61,809 nucleotides of DNA from positions 1-61,809 of the forward strand of contig JAQWQE010000051.1 in NCBI GenBank assembly GCA_029244925.1, in the 5' to 3' direction. This document shows positions 1 through 9,469 of the stretch, in pieces (within the stretch, counting starts at the first letter, position 1; each line of letters opens with the position of its first letter). Both the position numbers and the translations under genes were made by a program. Origin of the DNA: Gammaproteobacteria bacterium. Lineage in GTDB: Bacteria; Pseudomonadota; Gammaproteobacteria; Steroidobacterales; UBA11654. The notes below the pieces were generated by a model. The model searched no databases, had not been told where the DNA came from, and saw only the letters and a list, made by a program, of their open reading frames with translations.

Positions 1-1009
1 CATCAGCAATAATAGGCACCCCTTGCTTACCAATTGCTTCATAGACATCTGAGATTGCAGTTATTTGTGGCATACCAACTCCTGCAACAACTCGAGTGGT
101 GCATATTGAACCCGGCCCGATTCCAACTTTCACCGCATTCGCTCCAGCATCAACAAGTGCTTTCGCCGCTTCGCCCGTGACAATGTTTCCAACAATTAAC
201 TCTAAATCTGGGTACTTCTGCTTGGTGGCTAAAACATGATCAATCACGCTTTTTGTGTGTGCATGTGCTGTATCAATAACAATCACATCGACACCGGATT
301 GAGTCAGCATTTCAATTCTATCGTTGGAATCATCACCAATGCCAACAGCAGCTCCCACTAGGAGAGCACCATTTTCATCTTTGGCAGCGAGTGGGTTATC
401 GGTTGCTTTTTGAAAATCCTTAGCCGTTATCATTCCTTTGAGTTTAAAATGATCATCCACCACAAGAACTTTCTCAATTCGATGATGGTGTAAAAGTCTT
501 AAGACTTCTTCTTTATCCTCACCCTCTTTGACTGTAATCAAATCTTCTTTTGGTGTCATCACACTACTGACAAGTGCATCGAGTTGTGTTTCATATCTCA
601 AATCACGGTTGGTTACGATGCCAACGGTTTCATTATTAGCCACCACTGGAACGCCTGATATATTATTCTTCTTGGTAATCTCCAAGACTTCTCTAATGGT
701 TTTATCGGGAGAGATTGTAATTGGGTCTGTAATGATGCCGCTTTCAAATTTTTTGACGCGATTCACCTGAGCTGCTTGATCCTCAACACTCAGATTTTTA
801 TGAATAATACCCAATCCACCTTCTTGGGCTATTGCAATGGCCAATTGAAATTCAGTTACTGTATCCATCCCAGCTGAAACCAGTGGAATATTTAAATTTA
901 TGCGTTGTGTGAGTTGAGAGCTTAAGTCGGTCTCGCGAGGCAGCACTTCCGAGTAGTTCGGTTTGAGCAAAACATCATCGAATGTTAATGCTAGTTTTTC
1001 TTTTGCCAT
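1..1009 (-). CDS. guaB: IMP dehydrogenase (3' end runs off window)
   Basis: Manual translation from ATG 1009: [17 protein letters not shown]...[13 protein letters not shown]...[12 protein letters not shown] pair, [30 protein letters not shown]; GGAG SD; divergent from xseA. Confidence 0.97.
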   Translation of the reverse strand, partial: MAKEKLALTFDDVLLKPNYSEVLPRETDLSSQLTQRINLNIPLVSAGMDTVTEFQLAIAIAQEGGLGIIHKNLSVEDQAAQVNRVKKFESGIITDPITISPDKTIREVLEITKKNNISGVPVVANNETVGIVTNRDLRYETQLDALVSSVMTPKEDLITVKEGEDKEEVLRLLHHHRIEKVLVVDDHFKLKGMITAKDFQKATDNPLAAKDENGALLVGAAVGIGDDSNDRIEMLTQSGVDVIVIDTAHAHTKSVIDHVLATKQKYPDLELIVGNIVTGEAAKALVDAGANAVKVGIGPGSICTTRVVAGVGMPQITAISDVYEAIGKQGVPIIAD

Positions 1010-1041
1010 TTGACACTCCATGCACTATGGATTTTGTCAAA
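1009..1041 (-). promoter_or_regulatory. Hairpin covering the guaB SD and start codon
   Basis: Minus strand TTTGACA-AAA-TCCAT-AGTGC-ATGGA-G-TGTCAAA(TG); the 3' arm contains GGAG and the A of ATG. Confidence 0.55.
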
Positions 1042-1044
1042 AGC

Positions 1045-1072
1045 ATTCTACACATCAATGAGAATTTGTAAA
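1045..1072 (-). promoter_or_regulatory. Putative sigma70 promoter of guaB
   Basis: Minus strand TTTACA-16 nt-TAGAAT, with the -10 about 35 nt upstream of the guaB ATG. Confidence 0.5.
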
Positions 1073-1113
1073 CCTCCCGATGGATAGTTTTGTATAATTC
1101 AATAATACAAGTT

Positions 1114-2469
1114 ATGAATGAAGACGATCAAAAATATGTTTTTACTGTTTCCGAACTGAATCAAGAAGTCGGTCAACTGTTGGCGTCCAATTTCGGAGTC
1201 ATCTGGATAGAAGGCGAAGTCTCCAACTACATGAGATCGGCTGCAGGTCATTCCTACTTTTCTTTGAAAGATGAAAAATCCAATATTCGTTGCGCTATGT
1301 TTCGACAACAAAGTGCCTCCATTTCTTTTTCCATGGAAGATGGACAAAAGATAATTGCCAGAGCGAAAGTTGGACTCTATCAAGCCAGAGGTGATTATCA
1401 ACTAATCATCGAATACGCCGAAGAAGCTGGAGAAGGTCTGCTTCGTCAACAATTTGAAACTCTGAAGAAGAAACTTGATGCTGAGGGTTTATTTGATCCT
1501 GCCAAGAAAAAAGCACTCCCTTATATCCCAAAAAACATTGGTCTTATCACGTCTTCATCGGGTGCTGCTGTTCAGGATATCTTTAATACCATTAATAGGA
1601 GATACAATAACTGCAATCTTATTGTTTACCCAACGTTGGTCCAAGGGCAAACAGCAACACAACAAATATGCAATGCCATCAGAACTGCTAATGAACGTTT
1701 GGACTGCAGTGTTTTGATCATTGCTCGAGGAGGCGGTTCATTGGAAGACCTATGGTGCTTTAATGAGGAAAGCGTTGCTCGAGAGATTTACAATTCATCC
1801 ATCCCTATTATCTCTGGCATTGGTCATGAGACTGACCTGACTATAGCTGACATGGTTTCTGATTATAGGGCACCTACGCCCACAGGAGCAGCAGAAATTG
1901 TTCTCCCTGAAAAACATGAAATCATTAATGATCTGAAAGATTTAACCAAGCAAATGAATCAATCCATAAGTTATGCAATGCTGGGTCTAAAAAATCAACT
2001 GATCCAAAAACATTCCAATTTGCAACAAAAACATCCTGCCAGTCAGTTGCAGCAATTCAATCAACGTCTGGATCAACTGTCTCAAAGCATGAGTTTTATT
2101 TCAAAAAATTATCTTGAAAGATTAAAGAATCAATTGCATCAAAGAATCACTGAAATACAAAGCATGAATACTGTAAATAATATCCATGATTTAAGCCATC
2201 AATTGGATAGTATTACGGTCAATCTTTTAAGTTCCATCCAATACAATAAGAGCAACAAAGAACAAAGTCTTTCCATTGCATTAGCAAAGCTTGATGGTGC
2301 TTCCCCGCTTAATGCCTTGTCGAGAGGTTATGCATTTGTAAGTGATACCGAGACAAAAAAGAGCATCAAAAGCATTGCTGATATTTCCATTGGCTCTGTT
2401 GTTCAAACTCAATTGAAAGATGGTATTTTTGAATCAAAAGTATCCAATTTAAAAAAGGGAAGAAAATAA
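1114..2469 (+). CDS. xseA: Exodeoxyribonuclease VII large subunit
   Basis: TVSELN..WIEGEVSN..GHSYFSLKD OB fold; ARGGGSLEDLW; GIGHETD; RAPTPTGAAE. Start set at ATG 1114. Confidence 0.96.
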   Translation: MNEDDQKYVFTVSELNQEVGQLLASNFGVIWIEGEVSNYMRSAAGHSYFSLKDEKSNIRCAMFRQQSASISFSMEDGQKIIARAKVGLYQARGDYQLIIEYAEEAGEGLLRQQFETLKKKLDAEGLFDPAKKKALPYIPKNIGLITSSSGAAVQDIFNTINRRYNNCNLIVYPTLVQGQTATQQICNAIRTANERLDCSVLIIARGGGSLEDLWCFNEESVAREIYNSSIPIISGIGHETDLTIADMVSDYRAPTPTGAAEIVLPEKHEIINDLKDLTKQMNQSISYAMLGLKNQLIQKHSNLQQKHPASQLQQFNQRLDQLSQSMSFISKNYLERLKNQLHQRITEIQSMNTVNNIHDLSHQLDSITVNLLSSIQYNKSNKEQSLSIALAKLDGASPLNALSRGYAFVSDTETKKSIKSIADISIGSVVQTQLKDGIFESKVSNLKKGRK

Positions 2470-3870
2470 TTACTTATTTTTCTTTCTCAGGCGAATAATT
2501 CTTTTTCTCTTTTTCCACTGTCTAAAATTGAGCTTATTCTTCTTCTCAGCATAAGGATTTGAACTGTCTTTAAAAATCAAACGAATGGGTGACCCCCAAA
2601 AAGAAAAATAGTCTCTGATTCTATTTTCAAGAAATTTTTTATAATTGTCTCTCAACTTCTTTGTCTGCGTGCCATAAATTATAAACATGGGGGGCTGGCT
2701 TCCCGCTTGATGAGCGTACTTTAATTTTATCCTCCTACCTTGATTGTATGGCGGTGGATCGGATTCAACCATGTCTTCAATTAATTTGGTTATTTTAGAC
2801 GTTGGCACTGTTTTTAAAGAAACATCAGCAGCATCAATAGCCGATTTAAGAACGAGGGTAATGTTCTCTTTGGTCAAAGCAGAAACGTTATTAACATCCA
2901 CAAAATTAACAAATTTTAATTTACGTCTTATTTGTTTGTCTATATTTTCCATTTGGTATTCTGTCAAAGCATCAAGTTTATTTACAGCAATGGTTAAAGC
3001 TCTTTCATTTTTTAGGACCAATCCAATTAAAGAAATATCCTGATCGGTGATGCCTTCCATTCCATCGATTAGAACAATAACTGAATCTGATAATTCAACG
3101 GCCTGTAAAGCTTTAACAATACTGAATTTTTCAATATCCAAATCAATATTTTTTCTTCTTCGGATGCCGGCTGTATCAATTAAAACAAGCTCTCTCTGTT
3201 TGTATTTGAAATCAACATAAATAGTGTCACGGGTGGTTCCTGGTTTGTTTTGAGTGAGTAAGCGATTCTCTTTGATCAAGCTATTAATAAAAGTAGATTT
3301 ACCAACATTAGGTCTCCCAATTAAAGCAATTGAAGTGGTTTCGTCTGGTAATTCAAGAAACTCATTCTCTGCCAAATCTTCATCTAGAAAAAGAACTGCT
3401 TTCTCTATTAATGCTTCACATTGATCGCCTCTAATTGCTGATACTTTTATTATTTCCTTAAAACCAAATTTAAGAAAGTCAGTGTCAATTGCATCTTCAG
3501 GAATGCCTTCTGTTTTATTGACGACAACGATAATGGGTTTATTTTCTTTTCTTAAGCTTCTAGCAATTTCAAGGTCATTGCTTACAAGACCCTCTCTCCC
3601 ATCAACCACAAATAAAATTAAATCCGATTCTTGTATCGCCAGTAATGTTTGTTCTTGAATGACATTGGATAAATCTCCATGGTCGTGTACCAAACCACCG
3701 GTATCAATTAAAATGGATTGAAATCTTTCACTTTTGAGATAGCCGTATATACGATCACGAGTCAGGCCTTCAAAATCTGCTACTAACGCATCTTTTGTGC
3801 CTGATAGACGATTAAAAAGTGTTGATTTGCCGACATTGGGTCGACCAACTATTGCTATGACTGGAAGCAT
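2470..3870 (-). CDS. der: Ribosome biogenesis GTPase Der/EngA
   Basis: Two G domains (GRPNVGKST twice; DTGG/DTAG; NKTE/NKLD) plus KH-like C-terminus. Confidence 0.97.
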   Translation of the reverse strand: MLPVIAIVGRPNVGKSTLFNRLSGTKDALVADFEGLTRDRIYGYLKSERFQSILIDTGGLVHDHGDLSNVIQEQTLLAIQESDLILFVVDGREGLVSNDLEIARSLRKENKPIIVVVNKTEGIPEDAIDTDFLKFGFKEIIKVSAIRGDQCEALIEKAVLFLDEDLAENEFLELPDETTSIALIGRPNVGKSTFINSLIKENRLLTQNKPGTTRDTIYVDFKYKQRELVLIDTAGIRRRKNIDLDIEKFSIVKALQAVELSDSVIVLIDGMEGITDQDISLIGLVLKNERALTIAVNKLDALTEYQMENIDKQIRRKLKFVNFVDVNNVSALTKENITLVLKSAIDAADVSLKTVPTSKITKLIEDMVESDPPPYNQGRRIKLKYAHQAGSQPPMFIIYGTQTKKLRDNYKKFLENRIRDYFSFWGSPIRLIFKDSSNPYAEKKNKLNFRQWKKRKRIIRLRKKNK

Positions 3871-3887
3871 TTCTCAACCTCCGCATA

Positions 3888-5093
3888 CTAGGAACTATTT
3901 GAAAGAGTAAGAATGGAAATCAAATCGCCATCGTCAGTCAAAACATAGATAGTCCTATCTAATATCAAAGGAGTTGAAGTAATTTTTGAGGAGCCAACAC
4001 TAATTCTTTGTTGCGTTTCTCCTGTTTTCTTATCCAGCCAGTGAATGTAGCCTTCTAGGTCACCAATGATTAAAGAATTTTCTAATAAGGCTGGTGCAGA
4101 AGGATATCGATTTAATAAATTCTCTTTCTTCCATATCTCACGACCTGTAAAACGTGACAAGGCCATCACAGAACCATCTGCCTGTGACACATATATATCA
4201 TCGTCATCCGTTGCTATACCAGAATAAATTGAGGCTTCTATCAACCAAATTAGATTGCCAGATTCTAAAGCCATGCCCCCCAATGCTCCTTGATAACTTC
4301 CTGCATAAACTTCACTGCCTTGAATCACTAGAGGTGCATCTATGTCTGTAATTTTCTCAATTTCTGTTCGACCACCAGGAGGGGTCAACATTGTTTCCCA
4401 TAAGAGCATGCCGTCATTGATATCGTAAGCACTGACTTTACCATCATCGAAACCACTCAAAACTGCATTAGCAAAACTAACAGGTCCTGTTGTGCCTCTG
4501 AGACTCAATTTAGGTACTTTATGATTGACTGTCCATAATGTACCTCCATCTTCTATCGATAAAGCGGTTAGATTGCCATCCACAGTTCTGATGAATATTT
4601 GATTGCCCTTGATCGATGCTGGTGCAAGTATTTCACTGCTGACATTGACAGACCATAGCAACTCTCCTGTCAGTGAATCAACAGCAATCAATTCGCCATT
4701 GCTGGTTCCAAGAACAAGAATTCCATCTTTGTATGCAGGGCCCGACGTGAATGTTAAATCAAAATTATTTTTCCAAATTTTTCTACCGTTTTTAGCATTT
4801 AAAGCAGTTACATTCCCATCAAAACTAGCAGCATAGATAGTCTCTCCATCGGTACTTGGGCTCAATCGAATACCCAAACCCTCATGGCTTTTTCCAATTG
4901 ATGCTCTCCACTGCTTTTTAACAGTTATGGTTTCTTTAAATTCAATGAGTTCAGCGGGTAATAATGAAGTGTCTTCATCGTCACCACCAAAATATGAGCA
5001 CCCTTGTATCATCGCAATTGCAATAAAGACACTAATAGTTCTAGTGGCACAAACACTTCTAAATAAAATGGTTTTAAAGAAATCCTGACTCAT
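3888..5093 (-). CDS. bamB: OM assembly lipoprotein BamB
   Basis: Lipobox IQGC, PQQ-like propeller repeats, LSLRG and RTEIEKITDID motifs; between yfgM and der. Confidence 0.93.
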   Translation of the reverse strand: MSQDFFKTILFRSVCATRTISVFIAIAMIQGCSYFGGDDEDTSLLPAELIEFKETITVKKQWRASIGKSHEGLGIRLSPSTDGETIYAASFDGNVTALNAKNGRKIWKNNFDLTFTSGPAYKDGILVLGTSNGELIAVDSLTGELLWSVNVSSEILAPASIKGNQIFIRTVDGNLTALSIEDGGTLWTVNHKVPKLSLRGTTGPVSFANAVLSGFDDGKVSAYDINDGMLLWETMLTPPGGRTEIEKITDIDAPLVIQGSEVYAGSYQGALGGMALESGNLIWLIEASIYSGIATDDDDIYVSQADGSVMALSRFTGREIWKKENLLNRYPSAPALLENSLIIGDLEGYIHWLDKKTGETQQRISVGSSKITSTPLILDRTIYVLTDDGDLISILTLSNSS

Positions 5094-5755
5094 GATTCAT
5101 CCGCTGTTTCGGTGTCATCATTGGTGCCCATTTCGCTGGCTTTCATTTTGACAAAATCATATTCAAAGTTTCCAGGCGTCATCATCTCCAGAGCTTTTTC
5201 ATACGCCATTTGAGCATCCTCTGTTTCCCCTTGAAGAGAATAAATATCGCCTTTAATGGACTCGTATTTTGGTTGGTATGATTGTGATATCTCATCCACA
5301 GAAAGCAATAAAGCCATTGCTTCAGTTAATTTACTTTGTTCAACTAAAATACGAGAAATTCTAAGTCTAGCAATGTGTTTCATTGAGTCATCTGAGGAGT
5401 TTTCCAATAAAAATTCCAATTGCACAATAGCATTATCATAATCCACTGAATCCATATAGAGTTTCGCCATGGCGAAATGACTTTGGTCTTGATAAGGAGT
5501 ATTAGCAAAATTATTATCCATTTCTTGCAACAGTGTTTGCGCTTGAGAGAGGCGTTGCTGTTTGACTGAGAATTCTATTTCTGAAAAAAGTCTCGATGCA
5601 TTCTCAGCTTTTTTTAATTGGCTGTTTTGAAAAGACTGCATTCCAAGAGTACCGCCAATGCCAATAGCAATAAAAGCTAAAATAGATAACCCATTATCTT
5701 TGAGCCATTTTTTAACTACTTCTGCTTGCTGTTGATCTGTTAAATTATTGTCCAT
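5090..5755 (-). CDS. yfgM: YfgM family TPR membrane protein
   Basis: QQQAEVVKKWLKDNG plus TM helix, IARLRISRIL, KGDIY; conserved position. Confidence 0.9.
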   Translation of the reverse strand: MDNNLTDQQQAEVVKKWLKDNGLSILAFIAIGIGGTLGMQSFQNSQLKKAENASRLFSEIEFSVKQQRLSQAQTLLQEMDNNFANTPYQDQSHFAMAKLYMDSVDYDNAIVQLEFLLENSSDDSMKHIARLRISRILVEQSKLTEAMALLLSVDEISQSYQPKYESIKGDIYSLQGETEDAQMAYEKALEMMTPGNFEYDFVKMKASEMGTNDDTETADES

Positions 5756-5770
5756 TTCTTGTACCCAAAA

Positions 5771-7039
5771 TTATAAATACTGTTTAATTTCTTCCAGAAC
5801 CTTAGCTTCATCAACGCTTTTTTGTTCTGCATCTGATTTCATTGATTTTATTGAAACAGTTCCCGATTCTATTTCTTCCTCACCTATAATCAATGCCAAA
5901 TCCGATCCAGATTTATCAGCTCTTTTGAATTGCTGTTTAAAACTGCCTCCATCCATATTCATAACCACGCTAATGCCATTGCCCAGATCTCTAATTTTTT
6001 CCGATAAAACTAAAGCCTGATTCTGAGCTTCCTTGCCTACAGCCACAATATAGATTTTGGGTTGCTTATTCTGAGGGTTTTCATTGGATACTGCAACTAA
6101 TTCAGTTAAACGCTCTACCCCTATGGCACAACCAATTGCAGGAATATCTTGGCCTCCTAATTCTTTAACCAAGCCATCGTATCGACCGCCTCCACAAACC
6201 GTTGCTTGTGAACCCAATTGATCCGTTGTCCATTCAAAAACCGTTTTGGTGTAATAATCTAAACCTCTGACTAATTTATCATTCAAAATAAAAGGTATGC
6301 CGTTGGATGTTAAAGCGTCTTTCAGTATTTCAAAATGTTCACTTGATTCGTTATCAAGAAAATCCAACATTTTTGGTGCTGCCTCTATAATGGATTGAAG
6401 ATCGGGATTCTTACTATCCAAGATCCTCATAGGATTTTTCTCCAATCTATGTAGTGAATCTTCATCAAGGATGGCTCTATGATCGGAAAAGTAATTCTGT
6501 AACTCAGTCCTGTATTTTTTTCTCGAAACAGGCATTCCTAACGAATTGATCTCAAGTTGTAAATGGTCTACTTTCAATAGTTTCCAAATTCTTGCCGTCA
6601 TCAAAATAATCTCAGCGTCAATTTCCGGACCTTGGAAGCCAAAAGCTTCCATATTGATTTGATGAAATTGTCGATACCTTCCTTTCTGAGGCCTTTCATA
6701 GCGATACATAGGACCCATGGACCATAATTTTGGGGTTTGATTATAGAAGAGGCTATGCTCTATGCCTGCTCTGACGATTCCAGCAGTGGCTTCAGGCCTC
6801 AAAGAAAGAGATTGATCTTTACGGTCTTTAAACGAATACATTTCCTTTGCAACTACATCGGTATTTTCTCCAATAGTCCTATGAAATAGTTCACTCCTCT
6901 CCACAATAGGGGTTCTTATTTCTTTAAATGCATACGCATTAAAAACACCCTTTACAATCCCCTCAACTGCCTGCCATTTCTCAAGTACCTCAGGTAAAAG
7001 AACCTGCATTCCCCTTATGGATTTTACTTTTTCACTCAA
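5771..7039 (-). CDS. hisS: Histidine-tRNA ligase
   Basis: SIRGM, LRPEATAG, RYERPQKGRYRQFHQ, LVRGLDYY, GGGRYDGL. Start moved to TTG 7039 behind AAGGAAG. Confidence 0.97.
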   Translation of the reverse strand: MSEKVKSIRGMQVLLPEVLEKWQAVEGIVKGVFNAYAFKEIRTPIVERSELFHRTIGENTDVVAKEMYSFKDRKDQSLSLRPEATAGIVRAGIEHSLFYNQTPKLWSMGPMYRYERPQKGRYRQFHQINMEAFGFQGPEIDAEIILMTARIWKLLKVDHLQLEINSLGMPVSRKKYRTELQNYFSDHRAILDEDSLHRLEKNPMRILDSKNPDLQSIIEAAPKMLDFLDNESSEHFEILKDALTSNGIPFILNDKLVRGLDYYTKTVFEWTTDQLGSQATVCGGGRYDGLVKELGGQDIPAIGCAIGVERLTELVAVSNENPQNKQPKIYIVAVGKEAQNQALVLSEKIRDLGNGISVVMNMDGGSFKQQFKRADKSGSDLALIIGEEEIESGTVSIKSMKSDAEQKSVDEAKVLEEIKQYL

Positions 7040-7067
7040 TACAACTTCCTTAATTTTATGAATAAAA

Positions 7068-7187
7068 TTAATTATGTGAAACAAGCATTCCTGCAACAGT
7101 GACTAGTAACAACACTAGCCCTACTCCTGCAATAATCCTCAAAGCAACCATATGCTCAACTGTTTTTGAATTAGAATCTTCTGACAT
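7068..7187 (-). CDS. 39-aa single-TM microprotein paralogous to the RodZ C-terminal helix
   Basis: MSEDSNSKTVEHMVALRIIAGVGLVLLLVTVAGMLVSHN*; strong SD AAAGGAG; aligns without gaps to the upstream ORF end EHLVALRIIAILSLILLSVTVAGMYVSPN. Confidence 0.8.
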   Translation of the reverse strand: MSEDSNSKTVEHMVALRIIAGVGLVLLLVTVAGMLVSHN

Positions 7188-7214
7188 TTTTTACTCCTTT
7201 TTTATGCGATTAAT

Positions 7215-7610
7215 TTAGTTAGGAGAAACATACATGCCTGCAACGGTGACTGATAATAAGATCAAACTTAATATAGCAATAATCCTTAGTGCAACCAGAT
7301 GTTCTTTAATTTTAGGTAATACAATTTTTACTTCCTCCAATTCTAACTGATTTGCCAGCAGATCAATCAACTCAGCTGAATCCAAACCCAGTAGTTTTGA
7401 ATAATTTCTAATATAACCTTTTATATATACATTTCCCCCAAGTTTCTTGAAAATATCATTTTCAAGATCTTCAACAATGTCAGGATCTGAGAAAAGTTTT
7501 GTAGCAACTTGTTCTATCGTTAATTTGCTTTTTATTCTAGCCTCTTTGAGTAAAGTACCAACGCTAGGTAATTGCTCATCGCTTGTTAGATTAATAGTAG
7601 ATTCCTTCAT
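7215..7610 (-). CDS. rodZ: RodZ-like protein (HTH plus TM, no periplasmic domain)
   Basis: GTLLKEAR...EQVATKL...VYIKGYIRNYSKLLGLD HTH, C-terminal TM helix, canonical position after rlmN. Confidence 0.8.
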   Translation of the reverse strand: MKESTINLTSDEQLPSVGTLLKEARIKSKLTIEQVATKLFSDPDIVEDLENDIFKKLGGNVYIKGYIRNYSKLLGLDSAELIDLLANQLELEEVKIVLPKIKEHLVALRIIAILSLILLSVTVAGMYVSPN

Positions 7611-7616
7611 TTCATC

Positions 7617-8726
7617 CTAATTCAATGGTCTTTTGAGTTTCTGTCTTAAAGATTTCTTAGCTAAATTATTAACGAGACCAGACAATTGGCCACAAGCCGC
7701 CTGTATATCGTCGCCTCTCGTTTTTCTTGTTATGGTCATTATCCCAGATTCTATAAGTATATTCCTGAATTCATTTATTTTGTCTCGCGTTGAACATTCG
7801 TAACTAACCCCTGGAAAACTGTTAAAAGGTATTAAATTGACTTTGGCCGGCTTATTTTTCAGTAACTTTGCCAATTCAAGTGCATGACTTTTAGAATCAT
7901 TAACCCCTTTAAGCATCGTGTACTCAAACGTAACAGTTCTCAGATTCCGTTTTTTAGCATAAAGCCAACAAGCATCTAATAATTCATCAATTGGATGCTT
8001 ACGGTTGATTGGAACCAACTCATCCCTTAATGCATCATTAGGAGCATGCAGTGATACTGCTAAAGCCACATTGACCTGTTCTGATAATTTAATTAATTGG
8101 GGAACTAAACCAGAAGTACTCACAGTAATTCGTCTTCTAGAAATATTAAAACCATTGGGATGATTGAGAGTTTTAATTGCTTTTATTGTTTCAGTGTAAT
8201 TAGCAAGAGGTTCACCCATCCCCATAAAAACAACGTTGGTAACAAGATCATCGCGCTTGAAACGTTTTTTTAAATCTTGTTTGGCAACCAACACTTGGCC
8301 AATAATCTCACTCGTTGACAAATTTCGATTGAAGCCCTGATGCCCAGTAGCACAAAATGGACAATCAATAAGACATCCAATCTGACTGGAAATACAAAGT
8401 GTTCCTCGATTTTCTTCAGGAATATAAACTGTCTCTATAACTTGGGACTTATCCTTGGGTATCAACCATTTACAAGTTCCATCCTTGGATTGCTCTAATG
8501 TGGATGGTTGATCAAAACTGAGTGTACAATTTTCTTCTAAATAATCTCTGAGTGAGTTATTAAAGTTAGTCATCAATTGAAAATCATAAATGCCCAGATC
8601 GTAAACCCAACTCATTAATTGCTTGGCTCTAAATTTTTTTTGGTCTATGCCTTCAAAAAAATCAGACAGATCATCGATTGGTGATCCTAATAAATTGTTT
8701 AACTCAGGAGGCAAGGAAGAAATCAA
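7617..8726 (-). CDS. rlmN: Radical SAM RNA methyltransferase RlmN
   Basis: TLCISSQIGCLIDCPFC, FMGMGEPL, LAVSLHA, DIQAACGQL. Confidence 0.96.
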   Translation of the reverse strand: MISSLPPELNNLLGSPIDDLSDFFEGIDQKKFRAKQLMSWVYDLGIYDFQLMTNFNNSLRDYLEENCTLSFDQPSTLEQSKDGTCKWLIPKDKSQVIETVYIPEENRGTLCISSQIGCLIDCPFCATGHQGFNRNLSTSEIIGQVLVAKQDLKKRFKRDDLVTNVVFMGMGEPLANYTETIKAIKTLNHPNGFNISRRRITVSTSGLVPQLIKLSEQVNVALAVSLHAPNDALRDELVPINRKHPIDELLDACWLYAKKRNLRTVTFEYTMLKGVNDSKSHALELAKLLKNKPAKVNLIPFNSFPGVSYECSTRDKINEFRNILIESGIMTITRKTRGDDIQAACGQLSGLVNNLAKKSLRQKLKRPLN

Positions 8727-9125
8727 TTAGCCAAAAAAGAATTCAATCTCTTCTTTAGCCGTGTCTGTTCCATCCGAACCGTGAACAGTATTTACTTCGA
8801 TGCTTTCAGCAAAATCCTTTCTAATGGTTCCTTCATCGGCTTCATCAGGATTGGTAGCACCCATTAACTGACGATTTAAAGCTACGGCATTATCGCCTTC
8901 AAGAACTTGAACCATGACAGGACCAGAAATCATATAAGACACAAGATCATCATAAAAAGGCCTTTCTTTATGGACCGCATAAAATCCTTCTGCTTGCTCA
9001 GTAGAGAGATGGATCATTTGAGCTTTTATAATCTTTAATCCAGCTTGTTCAAAACGTTTATAGATTTCCCCAATAATATTTTTTTTGACTCCATCGGGTT
9101 TGATAATTGAAAGTGTTTTTTCCAT
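8727..9125 (-). CDS. ndk: Nucleoside diphosphate kinase
   Basis: [36 protein letters not shown]. Confidence 0.97.
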   Translation of the reverse strand: MEKTLSIIKPDGVKKNIIGEIYKRFEQAGLKIIKAQMIHLSTEQAEGFYAVHKERPFYDDLVSYMISGPVMVQVLEGDNAVALNRQLMGATNPDEADEGTIRKDFAESIEVNTVHGSDGTDTAKEEIEFFFG

Positions 9126-9145
9126 AACTGAATCCTTTATTTAAT

Positions 9146-9469
9146 TTATATACTAAAGCTTTCACCGCAACCACATTCACCTGTGGCATTGGGGTTTTTG
9201 AATTTAAAAACTTGATTTAAACCTTCGTCAATAAAGTCAATTTCAGTTCCTTTTATAAAAGGCATGGATTCATTATCTATCAGGATTGAGACTTGAGAAA
9301 CGTTATAAACCTTATCCATATCATTGATTTCAGAAGCGTAGTCGAGCACATAAGAATACCCGTTGCATCCTGTAGACTTCACACTAATTCTCAATCCCAA
9401 TGCATCGGGATTATTCGATAAGTTCTTTTTGAACCTTTTCATCGCATTGTCTGTAATTGTAATGTCCAT
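9146..9469 (-). CDS. iscA: A-type Fe-S carrier IscA
   Basis: TGCNGYSY, FKFKNPN, CGCGESF. Confidence 0.93.
   Translation of the reverse strand: MDITITDNAMKRFKKNLSNNPDALGLRISVKSTGCNGYSYVLDYASEINDMDKVYNVSQVSILIDNESMPFIKGTEIDFIDEGLNQVFKFKNPNATGECGCGESFSI

Noticed and set aside
1010-1040. Two perfect TTGACA hexamers on opposite strands as -35 elements
   Set aside because: Neither has a -10 at 16-18 nt; they are better explained as arms of the guaB hairpin.
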